From assembly GCA_964019335.1 (NCBI GenBank), contig OZ025758.1:145183-209182 (forward strand): a stretch of DNA of 64,000 bases, given 5' to 3'. Below, one piece after another: positions 15,862 through 26,698 of the stretch (its first letter is position 1; every line of letters starts with the position of its first letter). Below the pieces are notes generated by a model. The model searched no databases. It had not been told where the DNA came from and was given only the letters and a program-made list of their open reading frames with translations. Source of the DNA: Diplonema japonicum (Eukaryota; Protista; Euglenozoa: Diplonemea). A program made the translations under genes and the position numbers.

Positions 15862-16920
15862 AGTAGTTTTGTTTTTTTTTCTTCTTCTTTTTGTGTGTCA
15901 GAAGGACTGAGTGTGAAGAGCTTGAGGGGGGAAGCAATGACCATTCAATAGCAACTGGAATAGGGGGACGGAAGTGGGAGTACTAGAAAAAGAAAAGAAA
16001 AGAAAAGAAAAAACAAAAATAAAAAATAGGGAAAATGGGGTGCAGAAACTCCAAACACACCGGCAGGAGAGATGAAGAGAACCCATAAAAAAAACAACAA
16101 AGGGTCTGGAACACCCTTTTTATTTTTTTTCTTCTTCTTCCGTCCCCCCTTCATCTCCTCTTCCTTTGGGGTTCTGCTTTCCTTTTTTTTGTTTTTGTTT
16201 TATTTCCTTCTTTTTGTTGTTAAAACGTGTGTCAGAAGGACTGTGAGTGTGAAGAGTTTGAGGGGTGTGTGGTGGAGGTGGGGTTATTCTTCTTCTTGCG
16301 TGCGATATGTTTCAGACTCTCAAAAAAAATAAACTGTAAAAATTTATAAAAGAAAAAGAAAAAGAAAAAGAGAAAAAAGAAAATCAAGGGAGGTAGTTGA
16401 AAAAAGGGGAAATTAAAATTCGAACGAGAATATAAGAAAACAAGAACAAACAAGTTATTCTTTGTTTGTGTGAACGTACCCAACATTTCTTACAAGTGTT
16501 TTTGTTCATTATTCAAAAAAAAAGAAAAAAGTGGGGAGAAAGTGATTGAAAGTACGAGGGGAAAGGGGGGGGCAGTCTTGCGCGGTACTCGACCGTTGGT
16601 CAGGCAACCACCTCATGTCATGTGCGCGCGACTCGACCGTGATCTCTCCGAACAAAAGGCAGCCACAGAGGCGGCCTGGGAAAGGCACGAGAGGGCAACG
16701 CAAGCCAGACAGAGGGGCTGTGCTGGGCCCGAGGCAACGGGAGCACCTGCTGCGGAGACGGCATCAAGGGGCAGTGTTGCTGGCAAAAGCCAGAACTGGA
16801 AAATTGTGAAAAATCAAAAAAAAGGCGATGTTTAAGGGCAAATCCCACTCGAGGACCACCCTTAAACCCAAAAAAAAAAAAATCACTATGATAGGAACGA
16901 AGTGGTTAGCAACGGCCCGC

Positions 16921-16964
<44 letters not shown>

Positions 16965-17095
16965 GGAAGAAGGGGAGAAAATATGACCCCCCCCTTTTTT
17001 TTCATTGTTCATATTTGAGTGCATTTCCTGCTTCATTTCTTAAATGCGAGAGAGAAATGCGTGTACTTTGTGTGATGCTTTTTCGGAGCTTCTTC

Positions 17096-19366
17096 TCAGG
17101 CGCTGATGCAGCTGTCGCGGAGCTTGTGGGCTGCGGCGACCATGTTCTTAAGGGAGGGGATGACCTCGTCCCATTTCCTGGTTTTCAGGCCGCAGTCGGG
17201 GTTCACCCAGGTCCTGGAGGGGGGAAGGAGGAGCAGGAGGCCTTGGAGGCGGGCCGCCATGTCGTCCACAGTGGGGACCACCGGGGAGTGGATGTCGTAG
17301 ACCCCTGCGCCGAGGTCGCGGGCGTAGCCGTAGGAGGAGAGGGCCGCCACCATCTCCCCTGCGCTCCTGGAGTTCTCGATGGTGAGGACGTCGGCATCCA
17401 TCCCGTCGATCCTCCCGATGATGTCCTCGAAGGTGGAGTAGCACATGTGGGTCACTACCTGTGTCGAGGGGCACGCCCCGCAGGTCGACAGCCTGAAGCA
17501 CGCCACTGCCCACTCCAGGTACTTCTCGCTCTCCTCCTTCTTCAGCGGCATTCTCTCCCGCAGGGCTGCCTCGTCCACCTGCACCACCCTGCACCCTGCC
17601 GCCTCCAGGTCCGCCACCTCCTCCCTTACAGCGAGGGCTACCTCCACTGCCTGCTCCGCACGCGGCACGTCCACCCTGCAGAACGACCAGTTCAAGATCG
17701 TCACGGGGCCCGTCAGCATCCCCTTCACGGGTACCGCCCCGCTCGCCTTCTGGCACACCGCGAACTCACGCACCGTCATCGCCGCCCCTCCCTTCCTAAC
17801 CACCGCCCCGTGGATTACAGGGGGACGCACATACCGAGACCCGTACGACTGCACCCACCCGTGCCTCGTCAGCAGCATCCCCTCCAGCTTCTGCGCGAAG
17901 TACTCCACCATGTCGCTCCTCTCAGCCTCCCCGTGCACGAACACGTCCAGCCCGATCTCCTTCTGGATCCCCACCACCCTCTCGATCTCCTTGTCGATCT
18001 GCTCCTCGTACGCAGCCTTCCCCACCTTCCCCTCCTTCCACTCCCGTCGCAGCTTTCGGATCTCCGCTGTCTGCGGGAACGACCCGATCGTCGTGGTTGG
18101 GAAGTCCGGAAGCTCCGCCAGCTGCTTCCCCCTGCGCTCCTTGAAGGGCTCGCTTCGGGTGTACATCTCAGGTGTTACCCCCTTCGCTCCCTCCACTCCG
18201 CTGAGGTTGTCCTCCCCGATCCATGATGATGCAGACTCCGAAGAAGAGGAGTCGGATGAGGCGAGCTTCGTCAGAACCTCGAGCTTCTGCTTCGCGAACG
18301 CAAGCTTGGCCCTCACCTCCGCAGGGATGCTCCCCTCCTCCTCATGGTCCAGGTCGTAGGGAACGAACTGAAGGGAGCAGGAAGGGGCAACCACCACCCT
18401 CGCGTCGTCCTGCACCGCCTTCCGGATCCTCTGCAGGATGCTCCCAGCCGCGGCCTCGTTCCTCCACACGTTGCGCCCGTCGACCACCCCGGCACCGAGC
18501 TCCTTTGTTGTGGGGAAGCCCTGCTTCTCCACAATCTCCACCATCGCCTTGCTCCTGCAGAAGTCGAGCGTCACGCGCTTCACGGGGAGCTCCACCACGT
18601 AGCCGTAGACGGCAGGGCTCAGGGAGTCGAAGTGCACACACAGGTTCACAGCAGGGCCACCGCACTCGCCGAGCTCCTTGTAGGCGGCCGTTGTAAGAGA
18701 GCGCACCTCCTCCGTCTCCGCGTCGCTCATCACCAGCCACGGCTCGTGCAGCTGCACCTCCTTCACCCCCGCCTTGCTCAGCTCCCCCAGAAGCTCTTTG
18801 TACAAGGGCACCAGATCCTTCACCAGAGCCGAAGCCGTCCTCCCCTCCGCGTATTTGCAGAGCTTCCCGAGGGTTACAGGCCCCAGCACGATCGGGACCA
18901 CCGCATCCGGCTTCGCCGCCTTGCTGCGGAGGAGCTGCACGTGCGCCAAAAAGGGGGCGAAGTTCCCGCAGGGGACCGTGTCCGCCACCACCTCAGGCAC
19001 CATGTAGTGGTAGTTCGAGTCGAAGTACTTCGTCATGTCCAGCGCGGGGACCCCGTCCCGTCCCCTCGCCTGCGTGAAGTAAGCGTCCAGCCCACCCAAC
19101 CCCGCCTCCCTCACCCTCTTGCAGGTCAGCCCGAAGCGCTCGCTCCAGTCAAGCACGTGGTCGTACAGCGTGTGGTCCCCGACACCGATCAGGCCCACTC
19201 CGGCAGCCTCCTGGTCCTGCAGGCTCTGCAGCGCCACCTTGTCGCTCACCTCCAGCAGCTCCGACTCCGTGATCTTCTTCCCCCAGTACTTCTCAAGTGC
19301 CATCTTCATCTCGCGCTTTGGTCCCGTGCGGGGGAAGCCAACAGTGGTCGTCCTAAGGTGCACCAT
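17096..19366 (-). CDS. metE: Cobalamin-independent methionine synthase
   Basis: GFPRTG, MTKYFDSNYHY, PTTTIGSFPQT, HGEAERSDMVEYF, HMCYS and WVNPDCGLKTR (Zn ligands); 756 aa. Confidence 0.97.
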   Translation of the reverse strand: MVHLRTTTVGFPRTGPKREMKMALEKYWGKKITESELLEVSDKVALQSLQDQEAAGVGLIGVGDHTLYDHVLDWSERFGLTCKRVREAGLGGLDAYFTQARGRDGVPALDMTKYFDSNYHYMVPEVVADTVPCGNFAPFLAHVQLLRSKAAKPDAVVPIVLGPVTLGKLCKYAEGRTASALVKDLVPLYKELLGELSKAGVKEVQLHEPWLVMSDAETEEVRSLTTAAYKELGECGGPAVNLCVHFDSLSPAVYGYVVELPVKRVTLDFCRSKAMVEIVEKQGFPTTKELGAGVVDGRNVWRNEAAAGSILQRIRKAVQDDARVVVAPSCSLQFVPYDLDHEEEGSIPAEVRAKLAFAKQKLEVLTKLASSDSSSSESASSWIGEDNLSGVEGAKGVTPEMYTRSEPFKERRGKQLAELPDFPTTTIGSFPQTAEIRKLRREWKEGKVGKAAYEEQIDKEIERVVGIQKEIGLDVFVHGEAERSDMVEYFAQKLEGMLLTRHGWVQSYGSRYVRPPVIHGAVVRKGGAAMTVREFAVCQKASGAVPVKGMLTGPVTILNWSFCRVDVPRAEQAVEVALAVREEVADLEAAGCRVVQVDEAALRERMPLKKEESEKYLEWAVACFRLSTCGACPSTQVVTHMCYSTFEDIIGRIDGMDADVLTIENSRSAGEMVAALSSYGYARDLGAGVYDIHSPVVPTVDDMAARLQGLLLLLPPSRTWVNPDCGLKTRKWDEVIPSLKNMVAAAHKLRDSCISA

Positions 19367-19970
19367 CTTCGCAGAGATCTTTTGTATTCGTGTTGTTGTT
19401 TTTTGAGCTGTGGTGGGGAATTGAAGCAGTCATAGCAGAATCGAATTACAAAGAAAGGAGTGCTTCCGAAGAAAGGTGGACGGGAATCAAGGAAAGGAGT
19501 AAGGAAGGAACTTCATGAGTGGTGCTTATCTGTTTCAAACCCACCACTCACGATTCTTTGGTTTGAAAAAAAGAAGGGGGGGAGGGGGAGGGAGAGACAC
19601 CAAAGGGCCATATGCACCATATACGGAGAGAAGAAGAGGTGTGATGTTACGATACACTGGTGGCCGCTCTGCTTCTCTCAATTATTCCTTCGCTAGTAAA
19701 AAAACAGCTGGAGTTTAAAAAAAAAGAAATAAAAATGAGAGGGAAGAGAGAAACGAGAAAAGACCTGTTTTTTTTTTTGGATATTAGGGCCCGGGAAAAT
19801 ATAAAAACAGCAGCAGTGGGTGAATCGATCCAAGATCAGTCAAAAAAAAAAAATTTTTTTTGTCCGATGACTCTCTTCATCCAAGCTCCCAATAAAAAAA
19901 ATTCACCTGGTTCCATGGTGAAATGGAGGTGTTCATGTTTGTGTCTGATTTTTTTTTCTTGTGTACCTCC

Positions 19971-21113
19971 TTAAACGGAGAGTTCCCTGTTGCCCTTCTG
20001 AGAGAGAACAACGCCGGGGATGGTGTCGATGAACTTCTTTGCGTTGACGACAGTGTTGTACGCCAGGGTGACAGGGGTCGTGGTGTGGCGGTGGTAGATG
20101 TGCATCCCTGTGAGGCCCACGTTGTAGAAGGTGTTTCCCTCGTAGTGCTGCCCGACGCCACCTTCGCCAGCGGCCGTCGGCACAGGCCTGGAGTCACAGA
20201 AGAAACCGTTGCCCCCTGCCCCGATCACTGTGTTCGACAAGACCTTGTGCCCCGACCCGAAGATAATGAGACCGTTCCCCGACCCTTGCACAACCCTGTT
20301 GTGGGCCACGACGACCTCCTCCCCGTTCACCTGGATCCCGTTGTTCTGCCACTGTGCGAAGGGGCGTTGTCCGTAGTTCTCGATGAGGTTGTTCTCCACA
20401 CGGCACCCTGGAAGGCACTTGCTCACCTGGATTCCGTCCGCCCCGAGGTTTTTCAGCACATTGTTCTCCACCACGAGTCCCCGCATGTCGTGCGGGTACA
20501 CCACTGTCGGAACCCCGTTGCACTCCAGCGTCCTCTCGTATGCCGTGTAGCCGATGTACATACCCTCCCCGTCCCCCGTCTCGTGGATGTAGTTGTCGTG
20601 AACCTTTACGTTCGCCATCTCGAAGTTCTCCTTCCATGTTGCGGGGTCGCACGTGGGGTCCGTCTTCAGCATGAGCCCTGCAAAGGATGCCCCCTTCACT
20701 TCCACATGGTCGATCTCGATGTCCGACGTCATCGTGTTCGCCCCGAGCGTGCCCCCTAGTTGGAACCCATACTCCACAGAGGTGTCCCCCGTCCCCGTGA
20801 TGCGCAGGTACCGCGACCTCTCCACGCTGATGCTGTAGTGGTATTGCGTCGTCACCACTGCCCCCTTGCAGTTCCGTACCACGATGGGCGCCCCTTCCTC
20901 CCCCACCACGTTCCGGATGTTGATGGGGCCCCTCGACCCGCCCTCGAAGCACACCACGTCACCCCCCTTTGCCTTCGCCACCGCCCCGTCAAAGCGGTAG
21001 TGCTGCGAAGGCACCACGTGTGTGCACCCGCACGCCGCAGCGTCCTCGCTGCTCAGCGCAGCCACACCGCATCCTCCAAACAGCAGCACAGCACAGAGAA
21101 GGACAGGCTTCAT
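19971..21113 (-). CDS. Secreted right-handed parallel beta-helix (pectate-lyase-like fold) protein
   Basis: Signal peptide; repeated ..V.NN.I....G.GI strands; VHDNYIHETGDGEGMYIG. Confidence 0.8.
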   Translation of the reverse strand: MKPVLLCAVLLFGGCGVAALSSEDAAACGCTHVVPSQHYRFDGAVAKAKGGDVVCFEGGSRGPINIRNVVGEEGAPIVVRNCKGAVVTTQYHYSISVERSRYLRITGTGDTSVEYGFQLGGTLGANTMTSDIEIDHVEVKGASFAGLMLKTDPTCDPATWKENFEMANVKVHDNYIHETGDGEGMYIGYTAYERTLECNGVPTVVYPHDMRGLVVENNVLKNLGADGIQVSKCLPGCRVENNLIENYGQRPFAQWQNNGIQVNGEEVVVAHNRVVQGSGNGLIIFGSGHKVLSNTVIGAGGNGFFCDSRPVPTAAGEGGVGQHYEGNTFYNVGLTGMHIYHRHTTTPVTLAYNTVVNAKKFIDTIPGVVLSQKGNRELSV

Positions 21114-21967
21114 TTTTAGTTTTCTTTGAAACCTGAATTCGAGGTATCTAAATGAAGAAGAGGAAAGCGGTTCTGCTGCTGAGGTGGTACGTGAAGACGT
21201 TCAACCCGTATAAATTCTTGAGACGTATAATGTGAAGGGGAGGCGAATTTGTCGGGGAATTTGTGTCACCCCTCCTCAAGTTAAGAACATATATCTTGTC
21301 TTTCGAGACAAACATAACACATTTCAGGAGGGCAAGAGCGATCTCGCTGTGAGTTGTGAACAGTCAGAGAGCACATTCCCTCTGTTGAAAGGCAAGGTAA
21401 AACGCCAGGTAAAAGAACATTGAATCTCAGCCTCAGGGTTTTAAAAAAAAGTAGAAGGCAAAAAACCTCCAATGTGTATTTAACTTACACAAGCTGTAAG
21501 TGACCAGGTTGCACATTCTCCACCAAGAATTGGCAAAGGCAAACAAAGGTTGCAATCATCGCGATGCTCATGCGGTGCAAGTCTGGCCTCTGTCATCATC
21601 CAGCTTTGGTCTTGTGCCGAAGTAAGTAATCTCCAACACGAATATACTCAAAAACAGATCCTGTGTAGAGTACAGTCTTGCCCCCTGCGACTACCAAAAC
21701 ACGCTTACAGACAGAGAACAGGGCACGAAAACACCACCAGCTATGCTGCCAGTAGGAATTCAAAACGAAAAAGTAGCGCAGCTGTAAATCGAACCGGATA
21801 CCTCTGCAACCGAAGTACAACCCATTTAGCTGGGGAAAAAAAAAGAAGGAAAAAGCAGTGTTTCTTGCCAGTGAATAAGAAAAGGGAGGGGCATTTCTCA
21901 CTGCATGAAAGGCAGTTTTGCTACAGGTGCTTTCTTTAAAAAAAGATTGAAAAACTGTAAATCTAGG

Positions 21968-22049
21968 ATTGCATTTTACAAAACCCATTTATTAAAGTTA
22001 AAACCCATACATTGCATTTTACAGAAAACCCATTTATTAAAATTAAAAC
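21968..22049. repeat. Two-copy ~43-bp AT-rich tandem duplication
   Basis: attgcattttaca(g)aaaacccatttattaaa(g/a)ttaaaac occurs at 21968 and at 22011. Confidence 0.8.
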
Positions 22050-23258
22050 GTTCTTTGTTGCCCCGGGGGGGCAAGAGAGAGAGGGAGAAGAGAAAGGAAT
22101 CTGCGTTGCGATCAGAGAAAAATATGGCAAGGAATTCAAAGTACAGGACAACACCCCCTCATCATGGAGGGCCGCCCTTGGCAAGGAAGAAAAACAAAAA
22201 AAGAGTGTTCTGGGTATGGGTTATGTTTGCTGGCTTATTGTGCCCTGTCCGCCTTCCAAAGGCCACTTATGCTGTTCACTCCAGAGTCCCGAGAGGCCAA
22301 CCCAACCCCTGCAACAACTGCTGTTGCTGCAGCAGCACTGCACCATTTGCCTGTTTTTGGCAATGTACCCCATTTTTCGGTGCATTTTTGACAAGTTTGC
22401 GTGATTGCTTTCTTCATTTTTTTTCTTTTTTTTTTGTTTTTCTTTATTTTAAAAGCTAAAAGCCTGTGTGTGTGTGCAAATTTGAGATCAGCATCATGTC
22501 AATTTCAATGAATAACACCGTGAGAGATTGATTGGGCGACAAAAAAAAAGGGAGGGGGAATATTTTAAAGAAGGGAAGTGAAAAAAAAAAAAAAAGAGGA
22601 GGAGGGGGGAAATGAAAAATTTTCTTCTTCTTTCCCTCTATTCAATTTTCTTGTTTTTTTTTTTTCCCAACGTTTTTTTTTTTTTTCTTCTTTTTTTCTC
22701 TTCTTTCTTCTCAAGTTCAAAAGCTCAGTGATGGATATACAAAGCACAAAAAAAAGGACACGTCAACATACAGCCAGCCCTTTACCTCCCCCCCCCCACC
22801 TTAATTCGAAATATTGTTCAATAAATAGGAAAAAGAAATGTTAGTTTCACACAAACCGCCCTACTTTTTTCCCCCTCCCCCCCCCCCCCCCCCCCTCAAG
22901 ATAACAAGGCACCCTTTTTTTTTTCATTTGGCCTTTTCCTCTCAAAAGGGGGAGGGAGGGAGGGGATGGTTCTGTGGGACCAGTACACTACAACTAGCTC
23001 CTCTCCCTCTCTTTCCTATTATGACTTGATTTTATTCTCTTTTTTTTTTAATGTATTTCCTCGTTCTTATTTCAGTTCAAATTCTGCATTCGTATTGAAT
23101 GCGATAAAAAGGGGAGGGGAAGGGGGGGGTCAACGGGAAAACCTCATCGCAGGAGAGACCGAATAAAGTGGCCTGCTATCAAAAAATACTGCATGAGGGG
23201 GGAAATGGGAGAATAGATGGGTAGGGAGTAGGGGAACAGGGTGGGGTTCTCCTCCACT

Positions 23259-24494
23259 CTACAGCGCCTTGAGGCCCTCGGGGATGTTGAGGGTCTTGGG
23301 CTTCTCCCAGGTGAACCCCTTCTCGGAGGTCCTACCGAAGTGGCCCATGGAGGAGGTCTCGGAGTAGATGGGCCTCCTGAGGTCGAGGTCCTTGATGATG
23401 TCGTAGGGCCTGAGGCGGTAGTTGTTGTTGATGATCTTGAGGAGGTCCTCGTCGGAGTACTTCCCGGTGCCGTAGCTGTCCACGTAGACGGAGAGGGGCT
23501 CCGCAACACCGATAGCATAGGCAAGCTGCACAATGCACCTCTTGGCAAGACCGCCGGCAACGATCGACTTGGCGATCCACCTGGCAGCGTAGCACGCAGA
23601 CCTGTCCACCTTGGTGGGGTCCTTCCCGGAGAAGGCACCACCACCGTGCGCACCCCACCCACCGTAGGTGTCCACGATGATCTTCCTCCCGGTCAGACCA
23701 GCGTCACCCTGCGGCCCACCGATCACGAACCTGCCAGAGGGGTTCAAGTGGTAGATGGTCTGTTAATTTTTTTGTTTTAGGGGGGGGGAAAGAAATTTAT
23801 TGTGTACCTTTTCGTCGAGGTATTTTGCGGGGATGACCTCCTTGCAGAGGGCCTTGAGGTCCTCCCTGATCTTCTCGTTGGTGACCTCCTCGCAGTGCTG
23901 GGAGGAGATGAGGATGCAGTGCACGCGGAGGGGGGTCAGGAGCTTTGCGGCGCCCTTCTCCTCGACCCTGTACTCGACGGTGACCTGGGTCTTGGCGTCC
24001 GGGCGGGCCCATGCAAGGGTGCCGTTGTTACGCTTCTCGGAGTGCTTCTGGGCAAGCTGGCGAGCAAGCTCGTAGGAGAGGGGCATCAGTGTCTCGGTCT
24101 CGTCGGTGGCGTACCCGAACATGAGGCCCTGGTCACCGGCACCGAGGTCGCCCTCGTGCTCGTACTGGGTGCACTGGCCGATGTCGGGGGACTGCTGCTC
24201 GATGGCGACGAGCACGTTGCAGGTCTTGTAGTCGAAGCCCTTCGCGGAGTCGTCGTAGCCGATCTTCTTGACCGTGTCGCGGAGCACTGTCTGGTAGTCC
24301 ACCACTGCCTTCGTCGTGATCTCACCGAACACCATCACCATCCCTGTCTTGCAGCAGGACTCGCACGCCACCTTCGACATGGGGTCCACAGCAAGGCACG
24401 CGTCCAGCACAGCGTCGGAGAACTGATCGCACATCTTGTCAGGGTGACCCTCTGTCACGTGCTCAGACGAAAACATGAAAGTACGGGTGGACAT
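23259..24494 (-). CDS. MAT: S-adenosylmethionine synthetase, 395 aa; exons 23808-24494 and 23259-23759
   Basis: [17 protein letters not shown] and GGGAFSGKD motifs. A 48-nt GT-AG intron (23760-23807) joins YLDEK|TIYHLNPSG in frame. Confidence 0.97.
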
Positions 24495-24740
24495 TTTTTT
24501 TGGTTTTTATTGGTTTTTTTTTTTTTTTGTTTAGATACACTGGGGGGTTTCTTAAAAGAGAGAAAAGCAATGCAACAAAAAAGTGAGAAAAAAAGATCTT
24601 TTTTTTCATAGCAATCTAGTCTCCCCCCCCCCCTTTTTTTTTGAAACATTTCACCGGTATACATAATAATAATAAAAACACAAAAAAAAGATAACAACAA
24701 CAATATAGAAAAAAAAAAAGAAGAAAAAACGTTCTTTCAC

Positions 24741-26420
24741 TCACACATCCCTCCTGTCGGCCATTTGGTACGACACATGCCTGTCTTCTATGTATCTCCC
24801 TGCAAGCCCTGCATGCCCCCCGCACTCCCGTAGTGCGTCTAGCGCTTGCGCTGGAGAGATGTTGTACTTTGTGGTGAGGTTCGCCACGCGCGGGGCCCAG
24901 TCGGAAACCCACGGGGAGTCGGACGGCAGCCCCGGTGCGGCACGCTGGAACAAATCCAGGTTGGCGTGCTTTTCCAAGGGAAGGTTGTCAAGAGAAGCAG
25001 GCACTTCACGCTGCAAAGGAGAAGCCGACTCCACATCAGAAGGATCCGAGTCCAAACCCAAGTCTTCCGTAAACCCCGTGAGAGGGAAAGGCGTTGTCAG
25101 TTCCACCGCCCGAACATCCGTCCACGGCACAGCATCTGCCTTCTGCTTGTGCCTGTAGAACAGCAACGCCAGTATGAGAATCACACAGCACAGCATCAAA
25201 CCCAAAATGACCCAAAATATAGGATTATCGTCACCATCAATGGGAACCTCCGTTGGTGTCGGCGGGGGTGTGATTGTCACGCTCAATGTAAGCGATTTCG
25301 ACTCGCTCTGAGTGATGCTCTCAGTCAACGTCGGGCTCAGCGAAACCGAATGTGATTCGGTCTCCGTTTTTGTCAACGTCGCTGTGGGAGTTGGTGGGAA
25401 CATCGGTGGGAGATACTCTTCAGGCGCCCATGGTCTGTTCCCAGCCTTGACCTGACACAGTGATTGAAACTCGTTCTCGCAGTTCTCCGAACACAGATCC
25501 CCTGTGTTCGCACCACACGTCACCAAAGGCGTGTAACTAGGACCCGAACCGGCTATGTAAGCACACGCTCCCAATTGATTTGTTGTGTCTCTGCTGTCGT
25601 ACCACGATGGTACGTATGTTACAAGCGGGTCCACCCACGTCCATGCCTGGGTGGCGACAGGTGCGGTTCTTGATGCCGAGAGCCATGCTCGGTCTACGCC
25701 TGTTAAGAGATTTTGAATCATCTCTCCTTCGACGTTGTCCAGGAGCGATGAGAGGATGGCTCTGCCGTTCCCGCCTTGTGCTGGGTCTTTGCATACGGCC
25801 TCCGCAGCCGCACCGCCTGATGTCAAGACGTTGAGGAGCTTGTAGCAGGCTTGGTCGAAAAGCTTCCATGTGGCGATGTCGGGTGGGTCGCAAGCGTTCC
25901 CTGCAGCCGATTTGTAAAAACACAAAACCGGCATCATTACGGAGCAGTCCTCCTCGCATATGACAGGGGCTCCGGTTGGGTAGGCTACGGTTGGGTATTT
26001 GCACATTGTGCCTGCGCCACCGCCGACGTAGGCGCAGTTTTTTGTGAGGTCGATGTCAGGCCGCGAGGCGGCCCATCGGTCTTTTTTTACATCTTCTGGT
26101 CCCGTTGGGAGCTTCCATTGCCATCCAGACCTTGGTGCTTCGTCACGCATGCCGACCCAGAATTCACTGCCGTCTTCAACCAAACCTCCTATCCTGATCT
26201 GAGTGGCGGCAGACTCTACTGAGTACAGCTCTGCTCCAAGTTGCATCCTCTCACATGCTGCGGACCCCCACGATGTCTTCTCTATGGTAGCTTTTACGCA
26301 TCTTGCGCCACCGTCGAACGCCCACCCAGGCTCGCACGGTTCTCCACCTGTTACGTTCCTCGTGTGTATCAGAAGCGTCAGAAGCACAGCAGTCAATGTT
26401 TTCGATAAGCGGTTCATCAC
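24741..26420 (-). CDS. Type I membrane protein: two C-type lectin-like domains, Thr/Ser stalk, TM, C-terminal UBA-like motif
   Basis: Signal peptide; C.PGW..., FWVG and AWLS lectin patterns; TM PIFWVILGLMLCCVILILALLF; ISPAQALDALRECGGHAGLA. Confidence 0.8.
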   Translation of the reverse strand: MMNRLSKTLTAVLLTLLIHTRNVTGGEPCEPGWAFDGGARCVKATIEKTSWGSAACERMQLGAELYSVESAATQIRIGGLVEDGSEFWVGMRDEAPRSGWQWKLPTGPEDVKKDRWAASRPDIDLTKNCAYVGGGAGTMCKYPTVAYPTGAPVICEEDCSVMMPVLCFYKSAAGNACDPPDIATWKLFDQACYKLLNVLTSGGAAAEAVCKDPAQGGNGRAILSSLLDNVEGEMIQNLLTGVDRAWLSASRTAPVATQAWTWVDPLVTYVPSWYDSRDTTNQLGACAYIAGSGPSYTPLVTCGANTGDLCSENCENEFQSLCQVKAGNRPWAPEEYLPPMFPPTPTATLTKTETESHSVSLSPTLTESITQSESKSLTLSVTITPPPTPTEVPIDGDDNPIFWVILGLMLCCVILILALLFYRHKQKADAVPWTDVRAVELTTPFPLTGFTEDLGLDSDPSDVESASPLQREVPASLDNLPLEKHANLDLFQRAAPGLPSDSPWVSDWAPRVANLTTKYNISPAQALDALRECGGHAGLAGRYIEDRHVSYQMADRRDV

Positions 26421-26698
26421 ATTTTCTTCTCTCTATTATGTTTCTTTTTTCCTGACGGGTGTTTTTTTATAGACTTTTAAGAGAGAAGGAATCGCGAGAG
26501 AAGAAAAAAAAAAAAAGAAAGAAGAAAAAAAAAGATACGATAGATGAAAAAAAAGGACCAGAGGAAGGAACAGAATTAGAAAGAAAGAATTTTTTTTCTT
26601 TAAAAAAAAGGGGTACAAAAGATCAGATATCTTGTATTCCCCTTCCATCCTTTCTTCTTTTTATTTTTATTCTTTTCTTTTTTTTAACATGGGTGTTC

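Noticed and set aside
19367-19970. Cobalamin/SAM riboswitch upstream of metE (9-bp stem tgagtggtg/caccactca at ~19516-19550)
   Set aside because: No riboswitch consensus recognisable; a lone short stem is insufficient.
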